Below, one piece after another: positions 25,401 to 37,920 of a DNA stretch of 64,000 nt. The stretch's first letter is position 1. Every line of letters starts with the position of its first letter. A model generated the notes under the pieces. The model searched no databases, was not told the DNA's origin, and saw only the letters and a list, made by a program, of their open reading frames with translations. This stretch comes from Octopus sinensis (lineage: Eukaryota): assembly GCF_006345805.1 (NCBI RefSeq), contig NW_021835472.1, forward strand, positions 5,495 to 69,494, written 5' to 3'. The translations under genes were made by a program, and so were the position numbers.

Positions 25401-25581
25401 ATTTACATCGCCTGTATACGCAGCAGTAAAAATGATAAAAAACATGAGACTTGATGAACTCGAGAAAAAGTGTTACATTGATGGGCTTATGGTTAAAGGT
25501 GTTTGTAAGTAGTAGCATAATATAAAGTAAGAGGTTTCGATCTCCGCCAAGAATTACACGAAGTTTTTATGAAATATATTA

Positions 25582-25990
25582 GGCGTCGGCGTGGTTGCAT
25601 GGCAAGAAGCTGGCTTCGCAACCACATGGTTCCGGGTCCAGTCTCACTGAATGGCACCTTGGGCAAGTGGTTTCTATTATAGTTATGGGCCGAACAATTC
25701 CTTGGGAGTGGATTTGTTAGACGGAAACTGAAAGAAACCCGACGTATATACATACATGTGCGTGTGTGTTACTTTGTGACAGCGTCCGGGCCCCACCACC
25801 GCTTGACAATCGGTGTTGATGTGTTTACGTCCCCGTTACCCAGCGGTCCGGCAAAAGAAGGCGATAGAATAAGTACCAGGCTTAAAAAATAGAAATAAAA
25901 CGACCTGGTGTTGATTCATTCGACTAAAATCTCTCTAAAATGGTGCCCCAGCATGGCCGCAGTCTATTGACTGAAACAGGGAAAAGATAA
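25582..25990 (+). mobile_element. SINE family A (CORE-like), both modules
   Basis: ccacatggttccgggtccagtc...gcaccttgggcaagtg (CORE-like) then microsatellite then the 3' module. Confidence 0.85.
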
Positions 25991-26243
25991 AAGGTAAGAA
26001 ATAAAAGTGATTTGAGACTGAACCAAGTGTGGCTTTAGTAGAGACTTGGGAAAAATACTCAAAACACCAATAGAATTTTATGCAAAATTATTTATCCGGC
26101 AAGCTACTGAATGCCAGCAACATTGACAATAATAGGAGCCACTTCTGGACCTGTGATATCTCATGCTAGATACCCCCTTTTTTATACAGGAACAGGAGAT
26201 ATTAAATATCCAATCGAGAAAGAGCGACAAGATCCGTCTTGAC

Positions 26244-26499
26244 CGGTGGTTCTCAACTATTGTTTTGCCTATGGGCCTCTTTGGTTTTTATTTTACCCAG
26301 ATGGGTCCTCCTAGTCATTCGATGTTTAAAAAAAAAATCATATTTTATTTATATAATTAAATATCATTTGGGATTGTATAGAAAAAAGTTAAAATATTTT
26401 GTGCCCTGTGGAAGATTAAGAATTTGTTGCAAATAAATCTTAACCCTAAAATCTTATATGGACCTAGAAGTGTCATGCGGACCCCGTTGAGAAGCCCTG
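26244..26499. mobile_element. hAT (Charlie-like) MITE
   Basis: TIRs cggtggttctcaac and gttgagaagccctg; 8-bp flanks gtcttgac and ctctaggc resemble the NTCTAGAN target of Charlie elements. Confidence 0.65.
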
Positions 26500-26594
26500 C
26501 TCTAGGCCTCCGCGCAGTGACGTGTAATGTCGACTGTTTCATATCAGTGTGAAACGTATCAATTATAGCATTAGCAACTATTCAACGCTGTTTC

Positions 26595-26965
26595 CATATT
26601 TTTGCTACTCTAGGCACAAGGCTAGTATATGAGATGGACTCCAGCGCGCAAGTGGTACTTAATTTATCGACCCCGAAAGGAAAGTCGACCTCGGTGGAAT
26701 TTGAACTCACAACGTAAAGACAGACGAAATACCTATTTCTTTATTACCCACAAGGGGCTAAACACAGAGGGGACAAACAAGGACAGACATAGGTATTAAG
26801 TCGATTACATCGACCCCAGTGCGTAACTGGTACTTAATTTATCGACACCGAAAGGATGAAAGGAAAGTCGACCTCGGTGGAATTTGAACTCACAACGTAA
26901 AGACAGCCGAAATACCGCTAAGCATTTCGCCCAGCGTGCTAACGTTTCTGTCAGCTAGCTGCCTT
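26595..26965 (-). mobile_element. Dimeric SINE family B (B1 unit followed by B2 unit)
   Basis: Two consecutive B-box units joined at aaagaaatag|gtatttcgtctg. Confidence 0.85.
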
Positions 26966-27094
26966 GCTATTTCCATGATATAATCTCACGAGAACTAGTA
27001 TTGTCCCTAAAATCCTAGAAGCAAGAAGGATGGACTTGATGGCAAGTTCCACACAGAATCCACACCTATGAAAATAAAGAATACTATTCTCTTT

Positions 27095-27315
27095 AATCTT
27101 TAACTGGTTCCAGTCATTAGAGCGCAGCCAAGCTGGGGCACCGCCTTTTAGAATTTTCTCTTTAGTCGATTGAATCGACCCTAGTGCTTATGGTTTTTAA
27201 AGCCTGGGGCGTATTCTATCGGTCCCTTGAGCCGAACCACAATGTTGTGGGGACGTAAACACACCAACTCCGGTTGCCAAGTGATTGTGCGGTACAAACA
27301 CAGACATAAAGACAC
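27095..27315 (-). mobile_element. SINE family A, 3' module, degraded
   Basis: cagtcattagagcgcagccaagctggggcaccgcc...ggggacgtaaacacaccaac. Confidence 0.75.
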
Positions 27316-27911
27316 ATACACATTCTCACGGCAATCACACATACTCATTCACACACGCACAAACACACACACACAAACATCTATATATATATATGACTGG
27401 CTTCTTTCTTTCGATGTGATCGATTAAATCCTTTAAGGCGGTGCTCCAGCATGGCCACAGTTCAATGCCGGTAAAAGTCGAAAGATAAAAGACCATAAAC
27501 AGGACGCAGTTCACTTATATTAGAATTTCCTAGAAGACGTAATATGCAAAACAATCATCATAAATATGTTTAGCAGCCGCCACCACGTGGGGTTTCTTTC
27601 CGTTAAGTTAAGCATTGTTAAGTTACCACATTAAGATTCTAGACAACTTAATTTTTCGTTTTTTGTGCATAAATTCAACCGAGAGGAATATTATTACAAA
27701 TGAAATCCTGCATCCATATGGTAACGTAGTTTTATGACTGCGTTTGAAGTAATATTGGGCGTTATATAGTTGAATTCTTTGTTCAGTTTGTTCCACGGCG
27801 AAGTTCTCTTATTTCTTCCTATGTCTAGGGATGAAACAAGTTACCACAGACAGGGCCAGGAAGGTCAGCTTTGGTGTAGCACTCAGCTCTGTACAAACCA
27901 ACATTGCCTAG

Positions 27912-27974
<63 letters not shown>

Positions 27975-28301
27975 AAAACCATTTAAAATGCATCCCAGAT
28001 TAAGAAACCGCTGATGATGCGGAAACCGTTGCAAAATATGCGGGTAGCGAAGTGTGGTTTTATGTGTGAAGATGGGAGTGGATTAGTCAGAAGTTAATGA
28101 GGTTGGATCGGGTAAGGGAGTTAAATGCAGTTTAGAATAAAAAAGATGGAGGGATAACGTAGTGTCGCTGCAAGTGGAAATAATGCAGAAATTGGTAGGG
28201 GCAGTTTTGCGGCCTATTTACATCAGTTGTGGTGTCTGTTGCGGTCTATACAATATGTTTAATTTACATTGTAATAAGCTGTGTAGATTATTCAGTTTAA
28301 A

Positions 28302-28379
<78 letters not shown>

Positions 28380-28382
28380 CAC

Positions 28383-28429
<47 letters not shown>

Positions 28430-28734
28430 CACACACATATAGGTATATATATATATATAAAATATCACTTTGAAATATTTGAAAGTATATTTCAAATATA
28501 CCGTAAATGGTCAATTTACATACCGAGCACTGCTCGGTCGAATTAATTAATAATTTATTAATTCTACCCTTTTTTATTGACTATATATATATGTGTGTGT
28601 GTGTGTGTGGTGTGTGTGTGTGTATGTGTGTGTGTGTATGTGTGTGTGTATATGTGTCTGTATATGTGTATATATATAGAAATATATATTTAATCCTCTA
28701 TCTAATATCGAGGTCTCATTCTTTTGTTGTTACA

Positions 28735-28789
<55 letters not shown>

Positions 28790-28798
28790 ATACAGTGA

Positions 28799-29132
28799 AG
28801 GCGCATGGCTCAGTAGTTAGAGCGTCGAGCTTAAGACCGTAAGTTTGTGAGTTCGATTCCCGGACCGGGTTGCGTGTTGTGTTCTTGAGCAAGACACTTT
28901 ATTTCACGTCGTTCCAGTTTACTCAGCTGTGGAAATGAGTTGCGACGTCACAGGTGAACAAGCTGTATCGGCCCCTTTGCCTTTCCCTTGGATAACATCA
29001 GTGGTGTGGAGAGGAAAGGCTAGTATGCATGGACGATTGCTGGCCTTCCACAAGCAGCCTTGTCAGGACTTGTGCCTCGGAGGGTAATTTCTAGGTGCAA
29101 TCCCATGGTCATTCATGACCGAAGGGGGTCTC
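28799..29132 (+). mobile_element. SINE family D
   Basis: gaaggcgcatggctcagtagttagagcg, B-box gagttcgattcc, CORE-like ttgagcaagacacttta. Confidence 0.9.
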
Positions 29133-29589
29133 CTCCTATGTATATACAAACACATACACACACATATCATGGAGAGTGCTATACACTCTTTGCTTATTTT
29201 TGTTTGTGAGGTTTTGAGTTTTAGTGTATTGGAGCGCATATGAATTGTGAAGTGCGACTGGGTGCTTTTGAAACATTTGCGATTATTAGTGTCTGCTTTG
29301 TCTTGTGTGTTGGGCTTGTCATTTTAGGGTAGGGCCAGTGATGCTTATTTGTGTCTAATGATCTCTAAAATATATGGAAATGATACTATAAGTATATAGT
29401 GGAAGTTTAGCGCATATCTGTGTGAGTTTGTGTGTGGTGTAGAGAGAGAGAGAGTGTGTGTGAGAAAGTGATAAAGAGATAGATAGATAGGCAGACAGCC
29501 GGACAGACAGAGGATTTAGTTAGGTAGATGGATATATATGTAATATATATATATATTATATATATAATATATATATATATTATATATAT

Positions 29590-29647
<58 letters not shown>

Positions 29648-29698
29648 AAGATAGACAGATAGATGGATGGATAGGTAGATAGATAGATGGATAGATGT

Positions 29699-29740
<42 letters not shown>

Positions 29741-29784
29741 GGATAGATGTATAGATGGATAGATAGATAGATAGATAGATAGAT

Positions 29785-29822
<38 letters not shown>

Positions 29823-29835
29823 CAGACAGATAGAT
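29590..29835. repeat. (GATA)n/(GGAT)n tract adjoining the SINE C tail
   Basis: Direct reading. Confidence 0.95.
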
Positions 29836-29839
29836 ATAG

Positions 29840-30203
29840 CGGCACTCCGTCGGTTACGACGAAGAGGGTTCTAGTTGATCAGATCAACGGAACAGCCTGC
29901 TCGTGAAATTAATGTGGAAGTGGTTGAACACTCCACAGACACGTGTACCCTTAACGTAATTCTCGGGGAGGTTCAGTGTGACAAGGCTAGCCCCTTGAAA
30001 TACAGGTACAAGTGAAACAGGAAGAATGAGCGAGAGAAACTGGTGGTGAAAGAATACAGCAGGGTTCGTCACCGACCCCTACCGGAGCTACGTGGAGCTT
30101 TAGATATTTTTGCTCAATAAACACAACGCCCGGTCTGGAAATCGAAACCTCGATCCTACGACTGTGAGTCCGCTGCCCTAACCACTGGGCCATTGCGCCT
30201 CCA
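29840..30203 (-). mobile_element. SINE family C
   Basis: Reverse complement aligns with 24701-25085. Confidence 0.92.
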
Positions 30204-30214
30204 CTGATAGATAG

Positions 30215-30420
30215 GTATGTTTCTTTATTAGCCACACAAGGCTGCACACAGACGGAACAGATTACAAAGTAGAGCTTTTCTTGCATGGGGAGAGAACCTT
30301 CTAACTTCTTTTATAGGGCATAGAGAAACTGGAGGGTCGTTGTAATAAGCGTATGAATCTTAGAGGGAAATATTTTGAATAAAATCATAATTAACTAACC
30401 CCGTTGTATTTTCTTTTACC
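30215..30420 (-). mobile_element. Probable 3' end of a LINE (ends ...ccttgtgtggctAATAAAgaaa)
   Basis: Minus-strand terminus has an AATAAA and resembles the B1 SINE tail; no ORF is visible, so the LINE identity is inferred. Confidence 0.4.
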
Positions 30421-31581
30421 CAAAGCCACGAACTTTTCAGAACCACCTCTTAGGTTATGTAAGACTTGTGCCTATACTTCTAGATTGTGTTGGACTATTT
30501 AGATTATTTGTGGTTTCTGGACTTTTTTTGCGTAGTAGTGAAATTTATGGTTCTTGGAACTTTGTGATTTGTGCTCTGTGCTTTTAGATAACGTATATTT
30601 TGCGTGCCTCTGTGGTTGGGTGTGGCTGCGGTCCTGATACTCTTCGTTCTTGGGTTATGATCTGATTTACGAGATTCTTTTTGTTTTGTGGACTGTTTTA
30701 TTACGTTTTGTGGTTAGAGCTCTATACAACTTTACTGTATTTTCTTTGTAGTCTTTTCTCCACGATTCTGTATGTTTTGTAGTCTTTTAATGTTGTTAAT
30801 AGACGCTCCGTAATCTAAACTTGGACACTGCGTGTAATTCTCTGTTGTGTGTATGTGTGTGATCTGTGTTAGACTGTATAGGGCTTGTGATCTCTTCTTC
30901 AAATTTCTACATTGTTTGCTATCTGAACCTCCAGTTAATATGTTATTTAAGGCCTGTGCCTCTACACCATGTGTAGTTTGTAGTGTGTACTTCTAGCCTG
31001 TATGTGGTTGGTGGACTGTGTTATTCTGAGCGCGGTTTACGCTCTGTGGTTCTCTGTAGTGTGTGGTTTGTGGTCTTTTACTCCAGATTACATAATGTTT
31101 GTTATCTGTACTTCTAAATTGTGTGCGGTTTGCGGTCTGTGGGTTTTTGTGCATAGGATTTACGGATGATGTATGCTGTGTGGCTTGCAATTTTGCGTAT
31201 GAATGTCATTTGCAGAATGTTTCCTCTATGTATTTTTGAGAGTGTATGTTATGTATGTATGTGTGTGTTTGACGCTCCTACTTCCTGCGTTCAGCTGTGT
31301 CTTGTGCAATATTTGTATCTATGAATGATGTGTGTGTGTGTGTGTGAGTGTGTGTGTGAGTATGATCTGCGATGTTTATGGATGTGATTTGTGGTTAATG
31401 CTTTTTGTGTACGTTTGCGCTTTGTTTTATTTGAGCTTCGCGTTTTGCAATATATAACATTTGTGGTTAGTCCGTATGCGTGCGTGGATGTGCGTTTGTG
31501 CATCCTGCTTCCTGTATGTAAATGTGTTTTATAATAAATGTACTGTTCTATAGCGAGCGTGTGTGTGTGTGTGCGTGTGTG

Positions 31582-31625
<44 letters not shown>

Positions 31626-32857
31626 TGTGTGTGTGCTTGTGTGTGCCGGTGTATAGTCTTTATGGATGAGATGTGCGAGTTTATTGAAAGTGTGCTGGTC
31701 GCATCTCAAACTCACGATCACCACAACACGTCCTTACACTTTGAAACAAAAGGGAGCAAGAAAGAAAGTGAGATAAAGGAAGTGAAGAAGCCGGAGGGTT
31801 AGGAAGAGGTGGAGAGGATTGGAATAAAAGAAGCGGGGAAAAGGAAATGGGAAAAGAAAAGAAAAAATAGAGAAGAGAAAGCGGAAGGAAAAAGGACATA
31901 AAAATTCTAATTAAAGAAACTTAGGATGGGACGATAGTAATAAAGAACGAGAAAGAAATGAAAGACGGAAGGAAAGAAATATAAAAAGAAAGAATTAGAT
32001 AAAAAGAAATACAAGAAACAATAAATAAAAAAAAGGCATAAAGCGGACAAAAAATACATATTCAAATTTGACAAAAACAAAGAAAAATAAAAAATATGTG
32101 CTACTGCGAATAGAATGATAACGAAAGTGAAAGTAGAGGGAAGTGGAGGTGAGGAGAGGGGGGTAAGAGTAAATAGAAGCGGTGAGGGGTGGGAAAAGTA
32201 AAAGGAGAGCGACAGAAATGCGTTAAGACAGAAAATGAAATGAGGCGGCGGCGGCGGTGACGGTAATGGTGGTGGAGAAGAGTAAATTATGTGTGATGAA
32301 CGAATCGGGTGAAAGCTGGGAAGAGGGTTGTGCCTTATGGGATCTGAAGGTTAGAGTTTGATTGGACAAGAGATGGCTGGGTGGATGATGGGAAGGAGGG
32401 AGACAGAAAGAGGGTGAATAGGGTGCGATGGAAGGGTTAATAGATATGGACAAAATGGATGGATGGATGGATGGAAGGATGGTAGGATGGGGCTGGATTA
32501 CAAGTTCGGTTGGGTATGTTGTGGTGGATAGGTTGGATGGATGGATAAATGCGCCATGGATGTGTGGGGGGGGGTAGGGAGGGAGGGGTAGGCGATGCTC
32601 AAGAAGACATGAAGATAGGAAGAGAAATGGTTGAAAGTCAAATGTGTCCCTGCAAAAGAACAAACAAAAAATAACTAAAAAAAAAATAACGTATACAATA
32701 AATAATAACTCAACAAACACAACAAATATATATATATATATAACCAAAGAAAAATATATGAAAAAAATATATACTAAAACGATAAATATGAAAAATCCAG
32801 GGAACCTAAAAGGAAACCAATTAAAAAGCAAGCAATACCACCATTACTATTGCTGCT

Positions 32858-32902
<45 letters not shown>

Positions 32903-32917
32903 GGTGGTGGTGGTGGT

Positions 32918-32985
<68 letters not shown>

Positions 32986-33469
32986 GAAAATGATAATGAT
33001 GATGATGGAAGCAGCTTTAAAGTTGCAGGTTCTTCCATGAGGCAGAAGATAGGCTGGCACAGTATGGGGCGGAGATTATTTGCAGTGAGGAATAAGGTAG
33101 GAGAAGATCTTGGGAATGTAACGTTTCATTTTCTATTTTATATTTAACTTCTTTTTTTTTTTTCAAACATCATTTTATTTTTTTCAATATTAAATTAAAA
33201 ACTGGTGTACAGACGAAGTTGACGGGCAAAAAAAAACTTAGATAAAAATTTTTTTTTAATAAAACAAGGATGCATCATATAGGCGAGTAAGGATTAACTG
33301 AGACGCTATTGCTAGTATATACATTGTGTGCCATGTGGTTGGTGTTGTATAGGAGGTGCAATGGAGGTGTATGATTGGAGCACGGCGTGTGTGTGTGTGT
33401 TGAAGGAATAACTGTAGCAGGTATTTGTACTAATATACTGATACTACTGTTACTGTATATGTTAATATA

Positions 33470-33795
33470 GAGGCGCAATGACACAGTGGTTAGAGTAGCG
33501 GACTCGCGGTCATAGATAGAGTCGTGGTTTCGATTCCCAGACCCGGCGTTGTGCAAAACACCTAAATCTTCACGACGTTGTGACAGGGTGTGGTGGCGAA
33601 CCCTGCTGTACTCTTTCACCACAACTTTCTCTCACCCTTTCTTCCTGTTTCTGTTGTATCTGTATTTCAAAGGGGCCAGCCTTGTCACAATGAATCTCCC
33701 CGAGAACTACGTTAAGGGTACACGTGTCTGTGGAGTGCTCAGCCATTTGCACGTTAATTTCACTAGCAGGCTGTTCCGTTGATTGGATCAACTGG
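33470..33795 (+). mobile_element. SINE family C, 3'-truncated into (GTA)n
   Basis: Aligns with 24701-25050. Confidence 0.9.
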
Positions 33796-33822
33796 AGTAG
33801 TAGAAGTAGTAGTAGTACTAGC

Positions 33823-33865
<43 letters not shown>

Positions 33866-34144
33866 ATGGTGGCAGTGGTAGTAGCAGTAACAGTGGTGGT
33901 GGTGGTGGTGGTAGTAGTAGTAGTAGTTGTAAAATCATAGTGATTTTGTAAAATTTTTGCCAGCCGTTTGAACATAACATTTTTATTATTAATTTCTAGA
34001 AAGCATGAACATGATTTTCTACGCCAGAATGCAAAACTTCATCAAAACCAGACTCTTTTCCGAATGATCTCGTAAAAATTCAGAATAAATTTACATGTTT
34101 GGAGGAAATTTAACATCTGAATAATATTGATAGTACTAAACGTT

Positions 34145-34481
34145 GAAGGCGCATAGCTCAGTGGTTGGAGCGTCGAGCTTCCGATCGTGTGATTGTGAGT
34201 TCGAACACCAGACCGGGCTGCGTGTTGTGCTCTTGAGCAAGACACCCTATTTTACGTTGCTCCAGTTCAGTCAGCTGTAGAAATGAGTTGCGACATCACT
34301 GGTGAACAAGATGCATCGGCCTTTGCCTTTCCCTTGGATAACACTGGTGGCGTAAAGAGGGGAAGGCCGGTATGCATGGGCGACTGCTGGTCTTCGAAAA
34401 ACAACCTTTCCCGGACTTGTGCCTGTGAGGGTAACTTTCTAGGTACGATTCCATACTCGGGCATAACCGAAGACGATCTCA
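34145..34481 (+). mobile_element. SINE family D with TSD
   Basis: 10-bp TSD actaaacgtt (34135-44) and actaaacgct (34482-91). Confidence 0.9.
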
Positions 34482-34832
34482 ACTAAACGCTAGATATACT
34501 TATATATGTGTGCATGTGTGGGTTACTAGTTTCGGTCATTGGATCATGCCATGTTCATTTTATCTGACGCTGTTCAAGACCCAATGCAGTGTCTCTTTTC
34601 ATAGTTGATGCAGTTCATACCTATACCCTTCAACAAATATTTAATTGGGGATACATCTCCAGTCCTAGGAAACTGGTCTCGGTTATCCCTGTTCTGAAAC
34701 TGCCCAACGTTCTGATCCTCGTAATGATCACCCAATCAGATTTCTCCCTAAAGTTGCCAAGGTTTGTGTGGCTTTGATTCATCAGGATCTAGATTTACAC
34801 ATTTTGTGTTTTTTATCTCCGAGTCGACCGAA

Positions 34833-35240
34833 GCAGGAGTGGCTGTGTGGTAAGTAGCTTGCTTACCGACCACATGGTTCCGGGTTCAGTCCCACTGCGT
34901 GGCACCTTGGGCAAGTGTCTTCTACTATAGCCTCGGGCCAACCAAAGCCTTGTGAGTAGATTTAGAAGACGGAAACTGAAAGAAACCTGTCGTATATATG
35001 TATCTGTATATATATGTATGTGTCTGTGTTTGTGTGTCTGTGTTTGTCCCCCTAACATCGCTTGACAACCGATGCTGGTGTGTTTACGTCCCGCGTAACC
35101 TAGTGGTTCGGCAAAAGAGACCGATATAATAAGTAGTAGGTTTACAAAGAATAAGTCCTGGGGTCGATTTGCTCGACTAAAGGCGGTACTCTAACATGGC
35201 CGCAGTCAAATGACTGAAACAAGTAAAAGAGTAAAAGAGT
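34833..35240 (+). mobile_element. SINE family A, full length
   Basis: Near-consensus match to 49748-50170. Confidence 0.93.
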
Positions 35241-35836
35241 AATAGTGGTAAGGCAAGCATTACTATCGTTTGACAAATGGAAAATATTTGACGGTGTAGG
35301 GCTTGTTCTGTTTCCGTTAGAAGTTTCATGGACATGAAATTTCTAGAAAGATCCTCAGTGATCTTGAATCTTTTCAGTCGAAGGTTGCTTTTACAACTGT
35401 TCTTATTGTTCATGCATTTCTGGTTGATGGTTGTTCATGCATTTCTGGTTGATGGTTGTTCATGCATTTGGTGCTATAGTGAAGTGGTAGGATTTTGCAG
35501 CTGCTGTAAGTGGGGAAGGTTATTTTTCTAGTACGAGTGGTGGTGATGGTGGTGGTAGTAGTAGTGGTAGTGGTAGTCGTGATGGTGGTGGTAGTAGTAG
35601 TCGTAGTCGTAGACGTAGTAGCAGTAGTGGTGATGCTGGTGGTAGTAGTAGTAGTGGTGGTGGTACTAGCAGTAGTAGTAGTGGCGGTGGTAGTTGCGGT
35701 AATAGTAGTACTGGTGGGTGTGGTGGTGGGTGTGGTGGTTGGTGTGGAGGCGGTGGTGGTAGTAGTAGTAGTAGCAGTAGCAGTAGTATGCTCCAAGCTC
35801 ATAGGGCACATCAACTGCGAAATTCCTCATAAGACT

Positions 35837-35882
<46 letters not shown>

Positions 35883-36480
35883 CTGCAGTAGTAGCTGTAT
35901 GCTCGAAGCTCATAGTGCACTTCCACTGCGAAATTCCTGATAAGATTGCAATAGTAGTAGTAGTTGTTGTTGTTGTTGTACTCGCAGTTGCGTTTGTAGT
36001 TGTCTGTGGAGGTCACTTTTAAAAGTCGTTGCTATTGTTATTCATGTTGTTGTTGTTGTCTGTTCCTTATTCCATCTAACAAAACCGTTTTTGATTTTGC
36101 TGCAAATCTGTTTTCTTTCTTTTGTATGTTTTTTTTTTCTTTCTCTCCCTGTATATGTATTTTTTTTTCTTTTGTTGATTACCATCGTGGGACACGAAGA
36201 CAGAGTTATTTTCATCTTAGATACATCATGTTTATCAATTCTTTGACCATGGGTCACAGACGCCAAGCCTGACTGATTGACTAAACACACCGTTTTGACA
36301 GTATTCCATTTATTGTACACAAAAATAAAGCAACGGACAAGAAAATAAACAAGATACAAGACAATAAAATAAAAATAAAATAAAATAAAAACGAAATCAA
36401 ACAACGAACAAAAATATGATAGTGCTGACAATAATTTCTGTGATGCTTGATGTTGCAGCTGCAGCTGATGCTGCTGCTGA

Positions 36481-36557
<77 letters not shown>

Positions 36558-36569
36558 CTGCTGCTTCTG

Positions 36570-36607
<38 letters not shown>

Positions 36608-36749
36608 GCCACTACTAACACCACCACCACCAACAACAACAACAACAACAACAACAACACAAACACAATTACCACCACGGTCACTACCACCATCATCACC
36701 ACTACCACTACTTCTATTAGTAATAATAATAATAATAATAATAATAATG

Positions 36750-36795
<46 letters not shown>

Positions 36796-36812
36796 TAATA
36801 ATAATAATAATA

Positions 36813-37371
36813 TGCCCTGATGCAGTATCAGGCGGTGGCTCTCATGGCTTCTGATCTCAACTGATTGGATGTGTTATCATACACATTGTTTTGTCTTTGT
36901 ATAAAAGATAAGTTACAGCAAATATTCTGCTCAATACTACGGATTGGCTTGTCAGTTGTTTGACCTTAACCAGTTCAGCATGTCCCTGAGTGGCTGACAA
37001 TATGTACATCTCTGATCACGAGCAGAAGTGGGGGGGGGGGGCTTCATAGTCAACGAGTTGATATGAATTGTTTGGGATTTGGATAATTCACATTTGGAAA
37101 GATGGCTGTTTCGTTTAACGTCATTAAACAACTCATATTCAGGGACCTTTTGAGCGGGTTGGGCTACTCAACCCGAAGAAAATACTAACGGGGTCCCACC
37201 TGGAAGGTCATGCGCTGTTAATCTTGATAATGAAATCACCATGTCGCGCACATATTGTTGTGATGCATACGCCTGATGTACCCTTATCAGACGAGTAGTC
37301 AGGATGCGTATATTGGGCTTTGTATATTTTACCCCAGTGTTACTTTGATGGCATGCACTGCTCTCTCACTC
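36813..37371. mobile_element. About 560-bp unclassified repeat-like insert flanked by (TAA)n on both sides
   Basis: Complex, higher-GC sequence bounded by (TAA)n at 36716-36812 and 37372-37386; no ORF. Confidence 0.5.
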
Positions 37372-37845
37372 AATAATAATAATAACAATTCTTTCTTCTA
37401 AAGGAGCAAAGCTAGAAATTTAGGGGAAATGGACTAGTCAATTTCATCGACCCCAGTCTTTCACTGGCATTCTTTGTCCATTAACTTTTTCGGTGTTTTT
37501 GGTACCAGGCACCCGTTACTTCGTATCCATTTTCCGGCTTAGTAACTAGTGAAGGTTTTGGGCTACTTTGATGTGTCTGCGTTTGTACTCTTATTGTGCA
37601 AGACTTTCACAAGCAGTAACTATATCAGTAACCTTTACGACCGTCTTCCAGTACATTCTGCAGAGGTTCGTTGTACTTGTATGGTATATATACATTTATA
37701 CATACATATAAACACACACACACATATATATATATTATATTATATTATATCATAATATATATATATTTCCTGACCGTCCAATAACACTATATTTGTTCCA
37801 CGTCCTCGCGCTGTTGTGTTTTCTCTTTGTGTTTTCATGTTGGAT

Positions 37846-37917
<72 letters not shown>

Positions 37918-37920
37918 TAT

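Noticed and set aside
28011-28050. CTGATGA followed by gcgg/ccgt hairpin
   Set aside because: GAAA and the cleavage triplet are not properly placed; at most a heavily decayed copy.
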